DNA of 64,000 nt from Candidatus Thorarchaeota archaeon SMTZ1-45 (lineage in GTDB: Archaea > Asgardarchaeota > Thorarchaeia > Thorarchaeales > Thorarchaeaceae). The notes under the pieces were generated by a model. The model was not told the DNA's origin, did no database searches, and saw only the letters and a program-made list of their open reading frames with translations. The stretch covers positions 18,839 to 82,838 of the forward strand of contig LRSL01000086.1 in NCBI GenBank assembly GCA_001563335.1, read 5' to 3'. The position numbers and the translations under genes were made by a program. This document shows positions 20,509 to 30,303 of the stretch, one piece after another (position 1 is the first letter of the stretch; each line of letters starts with the position of its first letter).

Positions 20509-21348
20509 TCAGGTGGACCGCTTGGCTTCTTCATCAATGATGGAACGTCTAGTATTGATCAGCTTGTTATATGTGCTTTTGAGAGCTTTTTCAGCGTCAA
20601 AGAACCATAGTTGTTTTGCTAACAACCATTTGGTCTTTGATTCTCGAAAGCTACGTGACAGTTGTGTATAGTTCGTCTTCAGCTGTCCGATTACTACTGT
20701 AGAGTCCTTGCACCGATCACGAAGAGATCGGATCTTTTCCTCTAATGGAGCTAAGTCCTTAGCGAGTGTTCGCTCAACAGCATCTCTGATATGGCTGTTT
20801 CCGTTCAGGTTGATAATCCTGATACGAGACCAGCGCAACGTATTTCCTCCATTTTCACGAACGAGTCTACTAAACTCGCTAGAGTCGATCAATACTCGTT
20901 CATTTTCAGAACCTAGAATTCTTCTTCGTTCTCTTGACCTGAGTAGTGGGAAGAGAATCACACCTGGCCTGAGGCGGACCCCAGGAGTTTTCCTTATTAG
21001 TCTCTCAACGTATTTTTTCTGTTGTGCAGTTGGATTACTAAAACTGAATGAAACAATCGAATAGACGCGATTTTCATATGATTCCTCCAGCTTCATTCGG
21101 GCTGTCGGTATCTTTCGAGTTTTAATGAATGATGTAACAGGTTGATTTTGAAGAATTGTGTCATGAAGTTCGGAATATCCATGAACAATAAACACACCTT
21201 TCCGGATTCGTTGAACACCTTCTACTGCCGAGAGTTTCCTAGACACACCTTTAGTTCCGTCAGGAGAACCTAATAGAATGATTAATCGAGAATCACCTTT
21301 CAATTCGGAGGCATCTGGGAGGATGCCTTCTACACTGGCTTCGGTCAT
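20509..21348 (-). CDS. Hypothetical protein with two PaaX/ChrB/Cas2-like ferredoxin-fold segments and a coiled-coil tail
   Basis: Internal repeat VQRIRKGVFIV / GVRLRPGVILFP; family assignment is weak. Confidence 0.55.
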   Translation of the reverse strand: MTEASVEGILPDASELKGDSRLIILLGSPDGTKGVSRKLSAVEGVQRIRKGVFIVHGYSELHDTILQNQPVTSFIKTRKIPTARMKLEESYENRVYSIVSFSFSNPTAQQKKYVERLIRKTPGVRLRPGVILFPLLRSRERRRILGSENERVLIDSSEFSRLVRENGGNTLRWSRIRIINLNGNSHIRDAVERTLAKDLAPLEEKIRSLRDRCKDSTVVIGQLKTNYTQLSRSFRESKTKWLLAKQLWFFDAEKALKSTYNKLINTRRSIIDEEAKRST

Positions 21349-21613
21349 TTTCTATAGCACATTTGTCCTTCAAACAACAGCAAAAGGTATTCAAAGGTCA
21401 TTGGTGACACATTTGAGCGACTGCAATAATCGTTAATATCTTTGTCTGGCATGTTTAAATACTTGTATTTTAGTAAATATTTTTGATAACCTTATAAATG
21501 AAATTTAGGACTTTCATAGTAATTTTTTTCAATTTTAAGGGATAAGAAAATGAGTTTCTGTAACTAGAATAACTTTACTCTTTATTCGACACACATTGTT
21601 TGAGGTGACATCT

Positions 21614-21694
21614 ATGCACTTCGATGATGAAGATCTTTGGGATAGTGATGACGACTTCGACGATGACTGGGAAGACGACGACGACGACTGGTAG
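21614..21694 (+). CDS. Acidic Trp-containing micropeptide (MHFDDEDLWDSDDDFDDDWEDDDDDW)
   Basis: Manual translation; GAGGTGA SD site at 21602-21608; strongly non-random composition. Confidence 0.65.
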   Translation: MHFDDEDLWDSDDDFDDDWEDDDDDW

Positions 21695-21766
21695 GTCGAG
21701 GTTGGTTAGTCGGTCTCGATAGAACTCTTCCGGTCCAATCTTATCCCAGACTTGGACGTGAATGCT

Positions 21767-21832
21767 ATGGCTAAAAAGAAACCAGCAGCAAAAAAATCGA
21801 CCAAAACTGAAACTAAGAAAAAGAAGAAGTAA
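21767..21832 (+). CDS. Lys-rich micropeptide (MAKKKPAAKKSTKTETKKKKK)
   Basis: Manual translation; ggacgtga SD-like site; followed by a hairpin terminator. Confidence 0.6.
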   Translation: MAKKKPAAKKSTKTETKKKKK

Positions 21833-21843
21833 CAATATAGGAC

Positions 21844-21883
21844 CGGGAGAAGTCTATCAGACTTCCCCGTTCTTCCTTTTTTT
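21844..21883 (+). terminator. Hairpin plus T-tract
   Basis: cgggagaagtct-atc-agacttccccg then tttcttccttttttt. Confidence 0.6.
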
Positions 21884-21890
21884 ACATCGT

Positions 21891-23846
21891 TTATTTTGCG
21901 TGTTTAATTTCTTCAACAGATTCTGGGTTCACTAGGGATGAGGTATCACCCGGATCTTCTCCCAAATAGGCAGCTCGGATCATTCTCCGCATCACTTTGG
22001 CGTTTCTTGTTTTAGGTAGATCAGAAACAAAAAGAACATCACGAGGAGTAAGTGGTTTACCCATTGCTATAGCCACAGATTGCTTGAGCTCCTCTCTTAG
22101 TTTCTCAGATGGTTCAACTCCAGGATTAAGGACACAAAATACAACAAGTTCATTGAGCTTGATTTTGTGCGGCACGCCTATCGTTGCAGCCTCAGCTACA
22201 GCAGGATTACTCACAAGAACTGACTCAGCCTCTGCAGGTCCAAAGCGCTTGCCTGCCACTTTGATGATATCATCAGACCTACCAAGAATATACCAAAGTC
22301 CATCTGAGTCAATCGCGGCAAAGTCCCCATGGACCCAAGTATTTTTCCAACGAGACCAGTATGTGTTTTCATATCTCTCGGGATTCTTCCAAAATCCACG
22401 GGTCATTCCTATCCAGGGTGATTTGATAACGAGTTCTCCAACTTTATTTCGTACAGGAGTTCCATCCTCATCAAACACGTCTGCGGCAATTCCAGGACAA
22501 GGTCCAGAAAATGCACAAGCCTTCAAGGGCAATAGAGGGTTTCCCATCACAATACCACCTGAGATTTCTGTGCCACCAGAATAGTTGATTATTGGTATTC
22601 TCTTCATCCCTACTTTCTCGAAAAGCCACATCCAAGGATCGGGATTCCATGGTTCGCCAGTGGAGCCAAAGTAACGAAGTGAAGAGAGATTGTGCGGCTT
22701 AATTGGGTCTTCTCCATGGGTCATCAACAATCGAATCAGTGTTGGGGATACTCCAAGTATCGAAACCTTATGTTTCTCAACAATCTCCCAAAGGCGTCCA
22801 GGATGCGGGTAGTCAGGAGCACCATCATAAAGGAAAAAGGTCCCTCCCAGAATCAAAGCCCCAAATACCAGCCAAGGCCCCATCATCCACCCCATGTCAG
22901 TCATCCAGTAAATCAGCTCACCAGGGTGCAAGTCTGTTCCAAAAGCCATGTCTTGAGCTGATTTAATTGGAAATCCACAATGGGTGTGTACTGCTCCTTT
23001 TGCCAGTCCCGTAGTGCCAGAGGTGTAGATAATCATCATAGGCGATTCTGCATCTGTTATCTCTGTACTAGCTGAATCAGATTGGTCAGAAATGAGGTCG
23101 TGCCACCAATAGTCTCGCTTAGGCTTCATTTCAATTGATACTTCAGTCAGATTCAGAACAATCATATGTTCCAATGAGGATATCTTTTCAGCAGCCTCAT
23201 CTGCGATTGGTTTCATGGGAATAGTCTTGCCTCTGCGGATAGCCCCATCAACTGTGAAAATTGCTTTGGCATCAGCATCACCCAATCGGTCGACAATTGC
23301 ATTAACTCCAAATCCTGAGAATAGTGGGAGGATTATGCCGCCAATTTTAGCTATTGCTAGTAGCGCAACTGTAATCTCAGGAATCATTGGCATGTAAATT
23401 CCAATTGAATCGCCTAATCCAAGTCCAAGTTCGCGGAGTGCATTTGCTGTCTTATTCACCTCTCGATACAAATCACCATATGTCATTGAACGAGTTGCAC
23501 CATCTTCGCCCTCCCATATCAGTGCAAGTTGTGTTTCAGTATTTGTGCCCATGTATTTATCTATGCAATTGTGAATAATGTTCAGCTTCCCATTGACACA
23601 CCAACGTGGCCATGCAATACCATTTGAGAGATCCACAACTTGGTCATAAGGTTCATAGAACTCAATATTAAGAAACTTCAGAAGTGCGTCTGTAAACCAT
23701 GCCACATCCTCTGTCGAACGTTGCATGAGTTCATCAAAGTCTTCTATTTCATGCAACTTCATGAATCTCGTGAGGTTGGCCTTTTCTACATGTTCCGATG
23801 TAGGTCGCCAGACGATCTCGCCTCCAAACTCAAAGGTCTCTTTCAA
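21891..23846 (-). CDS. Acetate/acyl-CoA synthetase (AMP-forming)
   Basis: IIYTSGTTGLAKG, STGEPW, NYSGGTE, GRSDD, LPKTRNAKVMRR. Confidence 0.92.
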   Translation of the reverse strand: MKETFEFGGEIVWRPTSEHVEKANLTRFMKLHEIEDFDELMQRSTEDVAWFTDALLKFLNIEFYEPYDQVVDLSNGIAWPRWCVNGKLNIIHNCIDKYMGTNTETQLALIWEGEDGATRSMTYGDLYREVNKTANALRELGLGLGDSIGIYMPMIPEITVALLAIAKIGGIILPLFSGFGVNAIVDRLGDADAKAIFTVDGAIRRGKTIPMKPIADEAAEKISSLEHMIVLNLTEVSIEMKPKRDYWWHDLISDQSDSASTEITDAESPMMIIYTSGTTGLAKGAVHTHCGFPIKSAQDMAFGTDLHPGELIYWMTDMGWMMGPWLVFGALILGGTFFLYDGAPDYPHPGRLWEIVEKHKVSILGVSPTLIRLLMTHGEDPIKPHNLSSLRYFGSTGEPWNPDPWMWLFEKVGMKRIPIINYSGGTEISGGIVMGNPLLPLKACAFSGPCPGIAADVFDEDGTPVRNKVGELVIKSPWIGMTRGFWKNPERYENTYWSRWKNTWVHGDFAAIDSDGLWYILGRSDDIIKVAGKRFGPAEAESVLVSNPAVAEAATIGVPHKIKLNELVVFCVLNPGVEPSEKLREELKQSVAIAMGKPLTPRDVLFVSDLPKTRNAKVMRRMIRAAYLGEDPGDTSSLVNPESVEEIKHAK

Positions 23847-23940
23847 TTAATACACTCCTCTTGGTTTGATTCTGCAAGCTGCAACTCTCCCAATATGGAC
23901 ATTCACCTATTTCACGGTAGTGATTTAGAAATAACCAAAG

Positions 23941-24102
23941 TTAGAGAGAAAAATCGAACTTGTTCACAGCATGTTTCGTGATTTCAAGATTGCAAGACTT
24001 TTACTTTCTACACCATTTTTCGCACTTGAAAGCTAGTTCTTCTTCGCGATACAACAGATTACATTCTTTGCAAAGAAAAAGACCGTTCACTTTCTTTGTC
24101 AT
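23941..24102 (-). pseudogene. Small Zn-finger protein gene interrupted by TAA
   Basis: MTKKVNGLFLCKECNLLYREEELAFKCEKWCRK*KSCNLEITKHAVNKFDFSL. Internal TAA at 24001-24003; the Cys pattern continues after it. Confidence 0.7.
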
Positions 24103-24195
24103 ACGAAAAAGAGTTTCATGATTTCTTTAGTTTGATGGTATGATTATTACTAAGATGGGAAATCTCAAATCATTCTGGTAATTCAATCCTAAAAT

Positions 24196-24540
24196 GTGAT
24201 TGTCATGTCAATTGGGTCATATCCAGATTGTATAACAAAACTGCCAAAAGCTAAGATACCTTTTCCAGGAGTTCAAGCATGGATTTCTCAGGGCAATGAG
24301 TCTCAAGTTGGGTTCTTTGAGATAGAACCAATCGGGGTCGTACCTCCGCATAGTCACAAGGCACAATATGGCTTTGTTATTGAGGGAGAGATGCTACTGA
24401 CAATTGGTGATGTTACCAAACTCTACAAAAAAGGTGATTCATACTATATACCTGAAGGGGTTGTACATTCAGCAGAGTTCAAAACATTTTGTAGAGTAAT
24501 GGATTTCTTTGCTGAACCTAAAAGGTATGAAACTGAATAA
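24196..24540 (+). CDS. Cupin-domain protein
   Basis: PPHSH...Q.G.VIEGE...GDSYYIPEGVVH. Confidence 0.88.
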   Translation: MIVMSIGSYPDCITKLPKAKIPFPGVQAWISQGNESQVGFFEIEPIGVVPPHSHKAQYGFVIEGEMLLTIGDVTKLYKKGDSYYIPEGVVHSAEFKTFCRVMDFFAEPKRYETE

Positions 24541-24640
24541 GCTGACTATTCTTTTTCATCAAATGTTATTCAAAACCTTGGTTATGAAGAAACCTGTTTA
24601 CCACTTCATTTTTTATCTGGTAGCGCAACGATGAGTTTAT

Positions 24641-24656
24641 ATGAATCCTGATTCAT
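24641..24656. promoter_or_regulatory. Palindromic operator ATGAATC-N2-GATTCAT (site 1)
   Basis: atgaatcctgattcat immediately after TATA-like tttata; a second related palindrome ttgaatcaatattcaa follows; near-identical site at 51881. Confidence 0.75.
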
Positions 24657-24682
24657 TATTAAATTGAATCAATATTCAATAT

Positions 24683-25165
24683 ATGTTGGTGTTAATCATG
24701 ACAAAGATTTGCGTTACTTCATCAGGGACAACATTGGACTCTATGGTTGACCCTCGATTTGGTAGGTGTGCTTACTTCATCATTGCAGATCCTGAAACAT
24801 ATGACTTTGAAGCAGTGCCAAATGAAGCTGCAAGTTTTGCAGGTGGTGCAGGAATCAGGGCGGCTCAGATTGTTGTCGCCAAGAATGTTGAGGCGATCCT
24901 CACAGGTAGTGTTGGCCCTAATGCATTCCCGGCATTACAGGATGCAGGAGTTAGAATACTTGCTGGAGTATCAGGCACTGTAAGGTCCGCAATAGAGAGC
25001 TATAACAAAGATGTATTCCAGGAACTGACAACCCCGGGTCCTTCAAATGTTGGAAGAGGACAGGGGGGTCCTGGTCGTGGACTGGGAATGGGCTATGGAT
25101 ATGGATTGGGAATGGGTCGTGCTGGGGGTGGGCGAGGTCGCCATAGAGGAGGGAGGAATAGGTGA
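24683..25165 (+). CDS. NifB/NifX-family (ORP-like) protein with Gly/Arg-rich tail
   Basis: DPRFGRC.YF, GGAGI.AAQ, GPNAF. Confidence 0.88.
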   Translation: MLVLIMTKICVTSSGTTLDSMVDPRFGRCAYFIIADPETYDFEAVPNEAASFAGGAGIRAAQIVVAKNVEAILTGSVGPNAFPALQDAGVRILAGVSGTVRSAIESYNKDVFQELTTPGPSNVGRGQGGPGRGLGMGYGYGLGMGRAGGGRGRHRGGRNR

Positions 25166-25530
25166 CAACTAGAATACTTATCCCTACACATGACATGGAA
25201 GGTACTGAGATTGCGGACCACTTTGGAAGAGCACCCTATTTTGCAGTGATTGATCTAGATGTGAAAGGAAACACAATTGAAATAAGAGTACACCCAAACA
25301 CAGGCGAACATTCAGGCGGAAGAGGACATGCTCATAGCAACGTCCAGAAGTATCAACCTCAAGCTGTAATTGTGTATGGAATGGGACCTCGTGGAATCGT
25401 GAGTTTTCAATCTCAGAATATCGCAGTTCTTAAGGCAAACAGCAGGTTCGTTCATGAGATTGTTCAAGCTTATCAGCGAAACGAGTTAGAAGAACTAACC
25501 GAGGGCTGTGCAGAAGCCCACCACAGATAA
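25162..25530 (+). CDS. NifB/NifX-family protein
   Basis: HFGRAPYF, GMGPR, C-terminal C...HH. Confidence 0.85.
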   Translation: MTTRILIPTHDMEGTEIADHFGRAPYFAVIDLDVKGNTIEIRVHPNTGEHSGGRGHAHSNVQKYQPQAVIVYGMGPRGIVSFQSQNIAVLKANSRFVHEIVQAYQRNELEELTEGCAEAHHR

Positions 25531-26404
25531 ATTGGGACAAATGGATCATGGGCGTGATTCATTGATTGTCACAATTGCATCAGGAAAGGGTGGTACTGGA
25601 AAGACCACGGTGGCAGTAAATCTTGCTCTTTCATTGAACCATACATACTTGTTTGACTGTGATGTTGAGGAGCCTAATGTTCATACTCTACTTCATCCAA
25701 GAAATGTCACATCTGAAGAGGTGACTGTATTAACTCCTGAAGTAGATCATAATCTGTGTACATTTTGTAGGAAATGTAGCGAATTCTGTCAGTTCAATGC
25801 GATTTTCGTTGGCAAGACCAATGTATTAGTATATGACAAGATATGTCATTCATGTGGAGGTTGTGCTCTCATCTGTCCTGAAAGTGCAATAAGAGAGCGA
25901 GCACGGACTGTAGGATCCATCAAATCAAGTAAAGTAGATGATGTGAGTCTTGTTTACGGAGAGTTGAATATCGGAGAACCTATGGCGGTTCCAGTAATCA
26001 AAGCTGTCAAAGCGCACATTGTGAATAATGCAATCAATATCCTTGATGCACCTCCAGGAACATCATGTACCGTTATTGAAACAGTGCAAGAAAGCGACTA
26101 TGTTGTGTTGGTGACTGAACCAACGCCATTTGGATTACACGACCTTATGATGACCATTGATGTAGTTAATAGAATTGGTGTGCCATACGGTGTTGTAATC
26201 AATAGATCTACCATAGGGAACGATAATACAGCTAAGTTTCTGAAAGAAAAGAGAATTCCAATCCTCATGGAAATCCCTTTTGAGAAGCGTATAGCCAAAC
26301 TCTATTCCAGAGGCATTCCATTCGTCAAGGAACTCACAGAATACCGTGAAAAGTTACAGGAGATGATGAAGTCTATTCAGGAGATTGTGAATAATGACAA
26401 ATGA
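25508..26404 (+). CDS. MinD/ParA-type ATPase with inserted 2x[4Fe-4S] ferredoxin domain
   Basis: ASGKGGTGKTT, DCDVEEPN, two CxxCxxCxxxC motifs, DAPPGTSC, TEPTPFGLHDL. Confidence 0.9.
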   Translation: MQKPTTDKLGQMDHGRDSLIVTIASGKGGTGKTTVAVNLALSLNHTYLFDCDVEEPNVHTLLHPRNVTSEEVTVLTPEVDHNLCTFCRKCSEFCQFNAIFVGKTNVLVYDKICHSCGGCALICPESAIRERARTVGSIKSSKVDDVSLVYGELNIGEPMAVPVIKAVKAHIVNNAINILDAPPGTSCTVIETVQESDYVVLVTEPTPFGLHDLMMTIDVVNRIGVPYGVVINRSTIGNDNTAKFLKEKRIPILMEIPFEKRIAKLYSRGIPFVKELTEYREKLQEMMKSIQEIVNNDK

Positions 26405-27266
26405 GGTGGCGGTTATCAGTGGGAAAGGTGGTACTGGAAAGACCACAATAGCTGCTGCATTTGCTGCAATAGCAAGCAACATAGTGATGGCTGATTGCGA
26501 TGTTGATGCACCTGATTTACACATCCTCCTGCAACCAAATATGGAAAAGACTGAGGAATTCATCAGCTCGAAAATCGCACTCATAGATGAAGGTTCATGC
26601 ACATACTGTAACCTTTGCCAAACACATTGTCGTTTTGATGCAGTTGATCCACCAGATATTAACTCAATATCATGTGAAGGGTGTGGAGTGTGTGAGTATA
26701 TATGTCCGGAGAGAGCCATCATGATGCGTGACAAGGTTTCTGGTCATATTCATGAATCATCGACCCACTTTGGACCCATGGTTCATGCGAAATTATTGCC
26801 AGGGGAGGGCAATTCAGGCAAGCTTGTAACTGAGGTGCGTAAACGTAGTGTAAAGTTTGCAGAAAGGCTTGGAAATGAGATGGTGTTGATTGATGGATCT
26901 CCTGGAATTGGGTGTCCGGTCATTGCTACAGTATCAGGACTGCAATTGGGAATTGTCGTCACTGAGCCAACATTATCAGGCATACATGATTTGAAGAGAG
27001 TATTAGACCTGATGAAACAATTATGGGTCAGACCAGCTATTATCATCAACAAGTACGATATCAATCTTGATAATTCTAGAGTTATTGAGAGATTCTGTCT
27101 AGATAATAGTATTGAGATTCTTGGAAAATTACCCTTCGATACGATAATGACTGAATCCATGATTGAAGGAATGACTCTTCCAGAATACTCTCCTAAACAC
27201 AATCTCGTGAAATCCTTGCAAAGAATGTGGAAAAGGATTGAAAATATGATGAGAATGAATCCCTAG
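26394..27266 (+). CDS. MinD/ParA-type ATPase with 2x[4Fe-4S] ferredoxin domain (paralog)
   Basis: SGKGGTGKTT, DCDVDAPDL, CxxCxxCxxxC, SGKLV, DGSPGIGCP, TEPTLSG. Confidence 0.9.
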   Translation: MTNEVAVISGKGGTGKTTIAAAFAAIASNIVMADCDVDAPDLHILLQPNMEKTEEFISSKIALIDEGSCTYCNLCQTHCRFDAVDPPDINSISCEGCGVCEYICPERAIMMRDKVSGHIHESSTHFGPMVHAKLLPGEGNSGKLVTEVRKRSVKFAERLGNEMVLIDGSPGIGCPVIATVSGLQLGIVVTEPTLSGIHDLKRVLDLMKQLWVRPAIIINKYDINLDNSRVIERFCLDNSIEILGKLPFDTIMTESMIEGMTLPEYSPKHNLVKSLQRMWKRIENMMRMNP

Positions 27267-27276
27267 TGTAGATGTT

Positions 27277-27693
27277 CTAAGGAGAGTCGTATCGTTTCCA
27301 TCGCAACCTAGGAGAACCACAATTTGGACATGCATTTTGTTTGTCCTTCTCCATATCTAATCGATGGCCACAGTCGATACACTGAAGTCCCCCAGAACCA
27401 TCTCCCAACACATAACGACCACCCTCAATTCGTAATACTTGGCCCTCCACTATTCCCTGAGCAATCTTGTTGCGAGCTGATGCCAGTATTCTGTTAAATG
27501 TTGGTTGACTGATTTTCATTATTGTGCATGCTTCTCGTTGATTCATCCCTTCGTAATCAGCAAGACGGACAGCTTCAAACTCGTCAACAGTAAGAAGTAT
27601 TTCGTCAAGATCTTTAGCTGGTATTCCAGCTGGCTTGTAGACGGAAACTGTTGGTTCTCTATGGACAAATCGATGTCTTTTCCGACGAGGCAT
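27277..27693 (-). CDS. DUF134-family HTH protein with C-terminal Zn ribbon
   Basis: MPR.K..R, YKPAGIP, DEFEAVRLADYEG, MKISQPTF.R.L..AR, IEGG; CxxC...CxxC. Confidence 0.88.
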   Translation of the reverse strand: MPRRKRHRFVHREPTVSVYKPAGIPAKDLDEILLTVDEFEAVRLADYEGMNQREACTIMKISQPTFNRILASARNKIAQGIVEGQVLRIEGGRYVLGDGSGGLQCIDCGHRLDMEKDKQNACPNCGSPRLRWKRYDSP

Positions 27694-27744
27694 GGTGCAT
27701 TTATCGATTCAAGGCACCAAAAGGATTCCGGTCAATTCGCAAAT

Positions 27745-28491
27745 CTATATAGCCATGCCTCCATCCACCGATAGACAAGTGCCAGTACAGAACTCAGCAG
27801 TGGCTAAATACAGGATTCTCTCTGCAATCTCTTCAGGTCGACCAAAACGTCTGAGCGGTTGGCGCTCAATGAACTCTCTTCTCGCAGCCTCTGAATCAGG
27901 GAATTTTGATAGTCGATCTTTTAGAGAAGGAGTATCAGTTGTGCCTGGACAGATGCAATTGACGCGTATCCTATCATCCATGTAGTCAATAGCTATTGCA
28001 CGGGTGAGAGAAATTAGTGCACCCTTTGATGCTGTGTAGGCGGCTCTATCTTTTGCTCCCATCAAAGCGACTGCAGATGCCACATTGATAATAGTACCTT
28101 CTGTCTTTCTCAAATGAGGGATTGCAAATTTTGATAGAAGATAAACACCTCGAACATTAACTGCCATTGTACGATCCCAGTCCTCTGGACTTGTATTGTC
28201 CACCTTACCTGGAACCACAACTCCTGCATTATTCACCAAGATGTCTAGTTGACCATATCTTTCAATGGTCTCAGACATAATCTACCGATCCATTTCGAGT
28301 TCAGACACATCGCCCTCGATGAATATGGACTCACTACCAAGTGACTGAATCTTCCTAGTAACATTCAATCCAGAATCAGATATGTCTGCAACTACAACAT
28401 TTGCACCATTTTGTGCAAACAAAATAGATGTTGCTTCATCTATACCTGCACCAGCTACTGTTATTATGGTGGTCTTGCCGCTTAACTTCAT
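27745..28491 (-). pseudogene. Short-chain dehydrogenase/reductase interrupted by an in-frame TAG
   Basis: The two track ORFs are in one frame (..ELEMDR*IMSETIE..). NNAG and YxxxK are intact, but the TGxxxGIG motif has decayed to TVAGAGID. Confidence 0.8.
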
Positions 28492-28549
28492 CTATTACAC
28501 CGCTCCACTAGACAACTCCTCGATTATGAAACTTCACCTATTATAGCGA

Positions 28550-30187
28550 TTGATTTGCTTTGCACTAAGCGAATCTTCATTAGAGAATTACATTGATTCC
28601 GACAACCAATGTCTAAGAAGGGAGATAATCAAGAAATTGACACAAGAGCCCAAACCTCCATTGACATCTGAAGAAACAGATAGGGCTCTTGCTAAAATGG
28701 TGAAGCAAGGAATCGCTGCTCAAGTCAAGACTACCTTTACTGAGAGTGTTTTCCTTGTTGGTTTTGCCCTTCTCTTGCAAGCTCCAAATATAGTGATTGG
28801 CATTTTAGCTGCAATTCCTTCTGTCACTCAGCTACTACAAATTCCATCAATATTTCTCTTGGAGAAATATAGAAACAGGCGACAATTGAATACCTACACG
28901 CAATTAGGTAATCGATTTGGAATCCTTCTCATGGCCTTGATACCATTCATAGCTATTGGTGAGATTGGTTTACTACTCCTTATTGGAGCAATGTTCATCC
29001 AAAGCGTGTTTACAGCCATTGGCTCACCCAGTTGGAACTCTTGGATGCGGGATTTAGTACCTCCTGATCGTCTTGGCAGATTCTTTTCAACAAGAATGGC
29101 ACTAACGGGACTTGTAGCAATAGTTGCTTCTCTCTCTGGAGGTTTCTTCATCAGCAACTGGTTGGCATATATTGACCCAAGCGACATGGTTGGTCAGCTC
29201 TCTACATACTCAGTACTTTTCTTCATTGCATTTCTTTTTGGAATGATGGCAATATATTATACAAGAACCACTCCTGAGCCTCCGATGCATTCCCGACATG
29301 AGGAACTCAGTTTTGCGCAATTACTAGCAGAGCCATTCCAAAATGAGAATTACAGAAATCTGATGATTTTCTCTGCAGTGTGGAGTCTAAGTACCTCTTT
29401 CGCGAGCCCATTCTTCACAGTCTATCTACTTGATGTGAATATACTTGGATTAGAGGTAGTATTTGTTGCAGGTCTCGTAGCTCTTACACAACTAACAAGC
29501 GTAATCTTTCTGAGATTATGGGGACGTCTTGCGGATCGATTCAGTAACAAGTCAATCTTACAAGTAACATTACCTTTCTTCATCATTGGTACATTTCTTT
29601 GGACCTTCAGTTCAATTGCGAGGAATTATGGAGTACTGATTCCATTAATCATTCTAATACACATTTTCAACGGGTTTTCAGCCGCCGGAGTTAATTTGAG
29701 CAGTAATAACATTGGTTTGAAATTAGCACCTCGTGGTGAGTCAGCAACTTATCTTGCAGCAAGAGGATCAATAATCGCAGTGACTGGAGCTATTGCTCCT
29801 GTTATTGCAGGATTACTGGCTGACCTTTTTGCACATCACACAATAGAGTTCTCTCTTTCATGGCTTATTGATGGCGAGTTATTTACTCTCATTCCAGCCT
29901 ATCGTTTGTCTGGTATTGACTTTCTATTCGTCATCTCTTCAATCATTGGGATATATGCAATACATCGGATTGCTCTCGTGAAGGAGGAAGGAGAGGTTGA
30001 GGAAAAGGTTGTCATTGATGCGTTGATTGCAGAAACTAGGAGAAATGTTAGGACTGTTTCAACAGTCGATGGCCTGCGACACACATTCGAGGCCCCACTG
30101 AAGGTCACGAGAAGAGGTAGAAGAAAAAAGAAACCAGCTGATATAGAACCAATTCCTGATGACGATAGCCATGATGAGGGTCAATAG
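28550..30187 (+). CDS. MFS transporter
   Basis: About 12 TM segments; W.SWM.DLVP...GRFF; WGRLADRFSNK. Start may be slightly downstream. Confidence 0.85.
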   Translation: MICFALSESSLENYIDSDNQCLRREIIKKLTQEPKPPLTSEETDRALAKMVKQGIAAQVKTTFTESVFLVGFALLLQAPNIVIGILAAIPSVTQLLQIPSIFLLEKYRNRRQLNTYTQLGNRFGILLMALIPFIAIGEIGLLLLIGAMFIQSVFTAIGSPSWNSWMRDLVPPDRLGRFFSTRMALTGLVAIVASLSGGFFISNWLAYIDPSDMVGQLSTYSVLFFIAFLFGMMAIYYTRTTPEPPMHSRHEELSFAQLLAEPFQNENYRNLMIFSAVWSLSTSFASPFFTVYLLDVNILGLEVVFVAGLVALTQLTSVIFLRLWGRLADRFSNKSILQVTLPFFIIGTFLWTFSSIARNYGVLIPLIILIHIFNGFSAAGVNLSSNNIGLKLAPRGESATYLAARGSIIAVTGAIAPVIAGLLADLFAHHTIEFSLSWLIDGELFTLIPAYRLSGIDFLFVISSIIGIYAIHRIALVKEEGEVEEKVVIDALIAETRRNVRTVSTVDGLRHTFEAPLKVTRRGRRKKKPADIEPIPDDDSHDEGQ

Positions 30188-30303
30188 CCATTCTCCAAAT
30201 CGTTCATTCGGTAAATACGTTTATATTCTTCCAAATGTAAATAGTATACAATTGTATTCTCTTTGTATACAATCTGTAATTAGTACATAGAGGATGTAGA
30301 AAA

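Noticed and set aside
21575-21835. 86-aa minus-strand ORF in the track
   Set aside because: It is the antisense shadow of the two plus-strand micropeptides, which have SD sites and a terminator.
28282-28284. Pyrrolysine or stop-codon recoding
   Set aside because: TAG and TAA end conserved genes at expected positions (nrdJ, rpl10e, sor), and the SDR has other inactivating changes.
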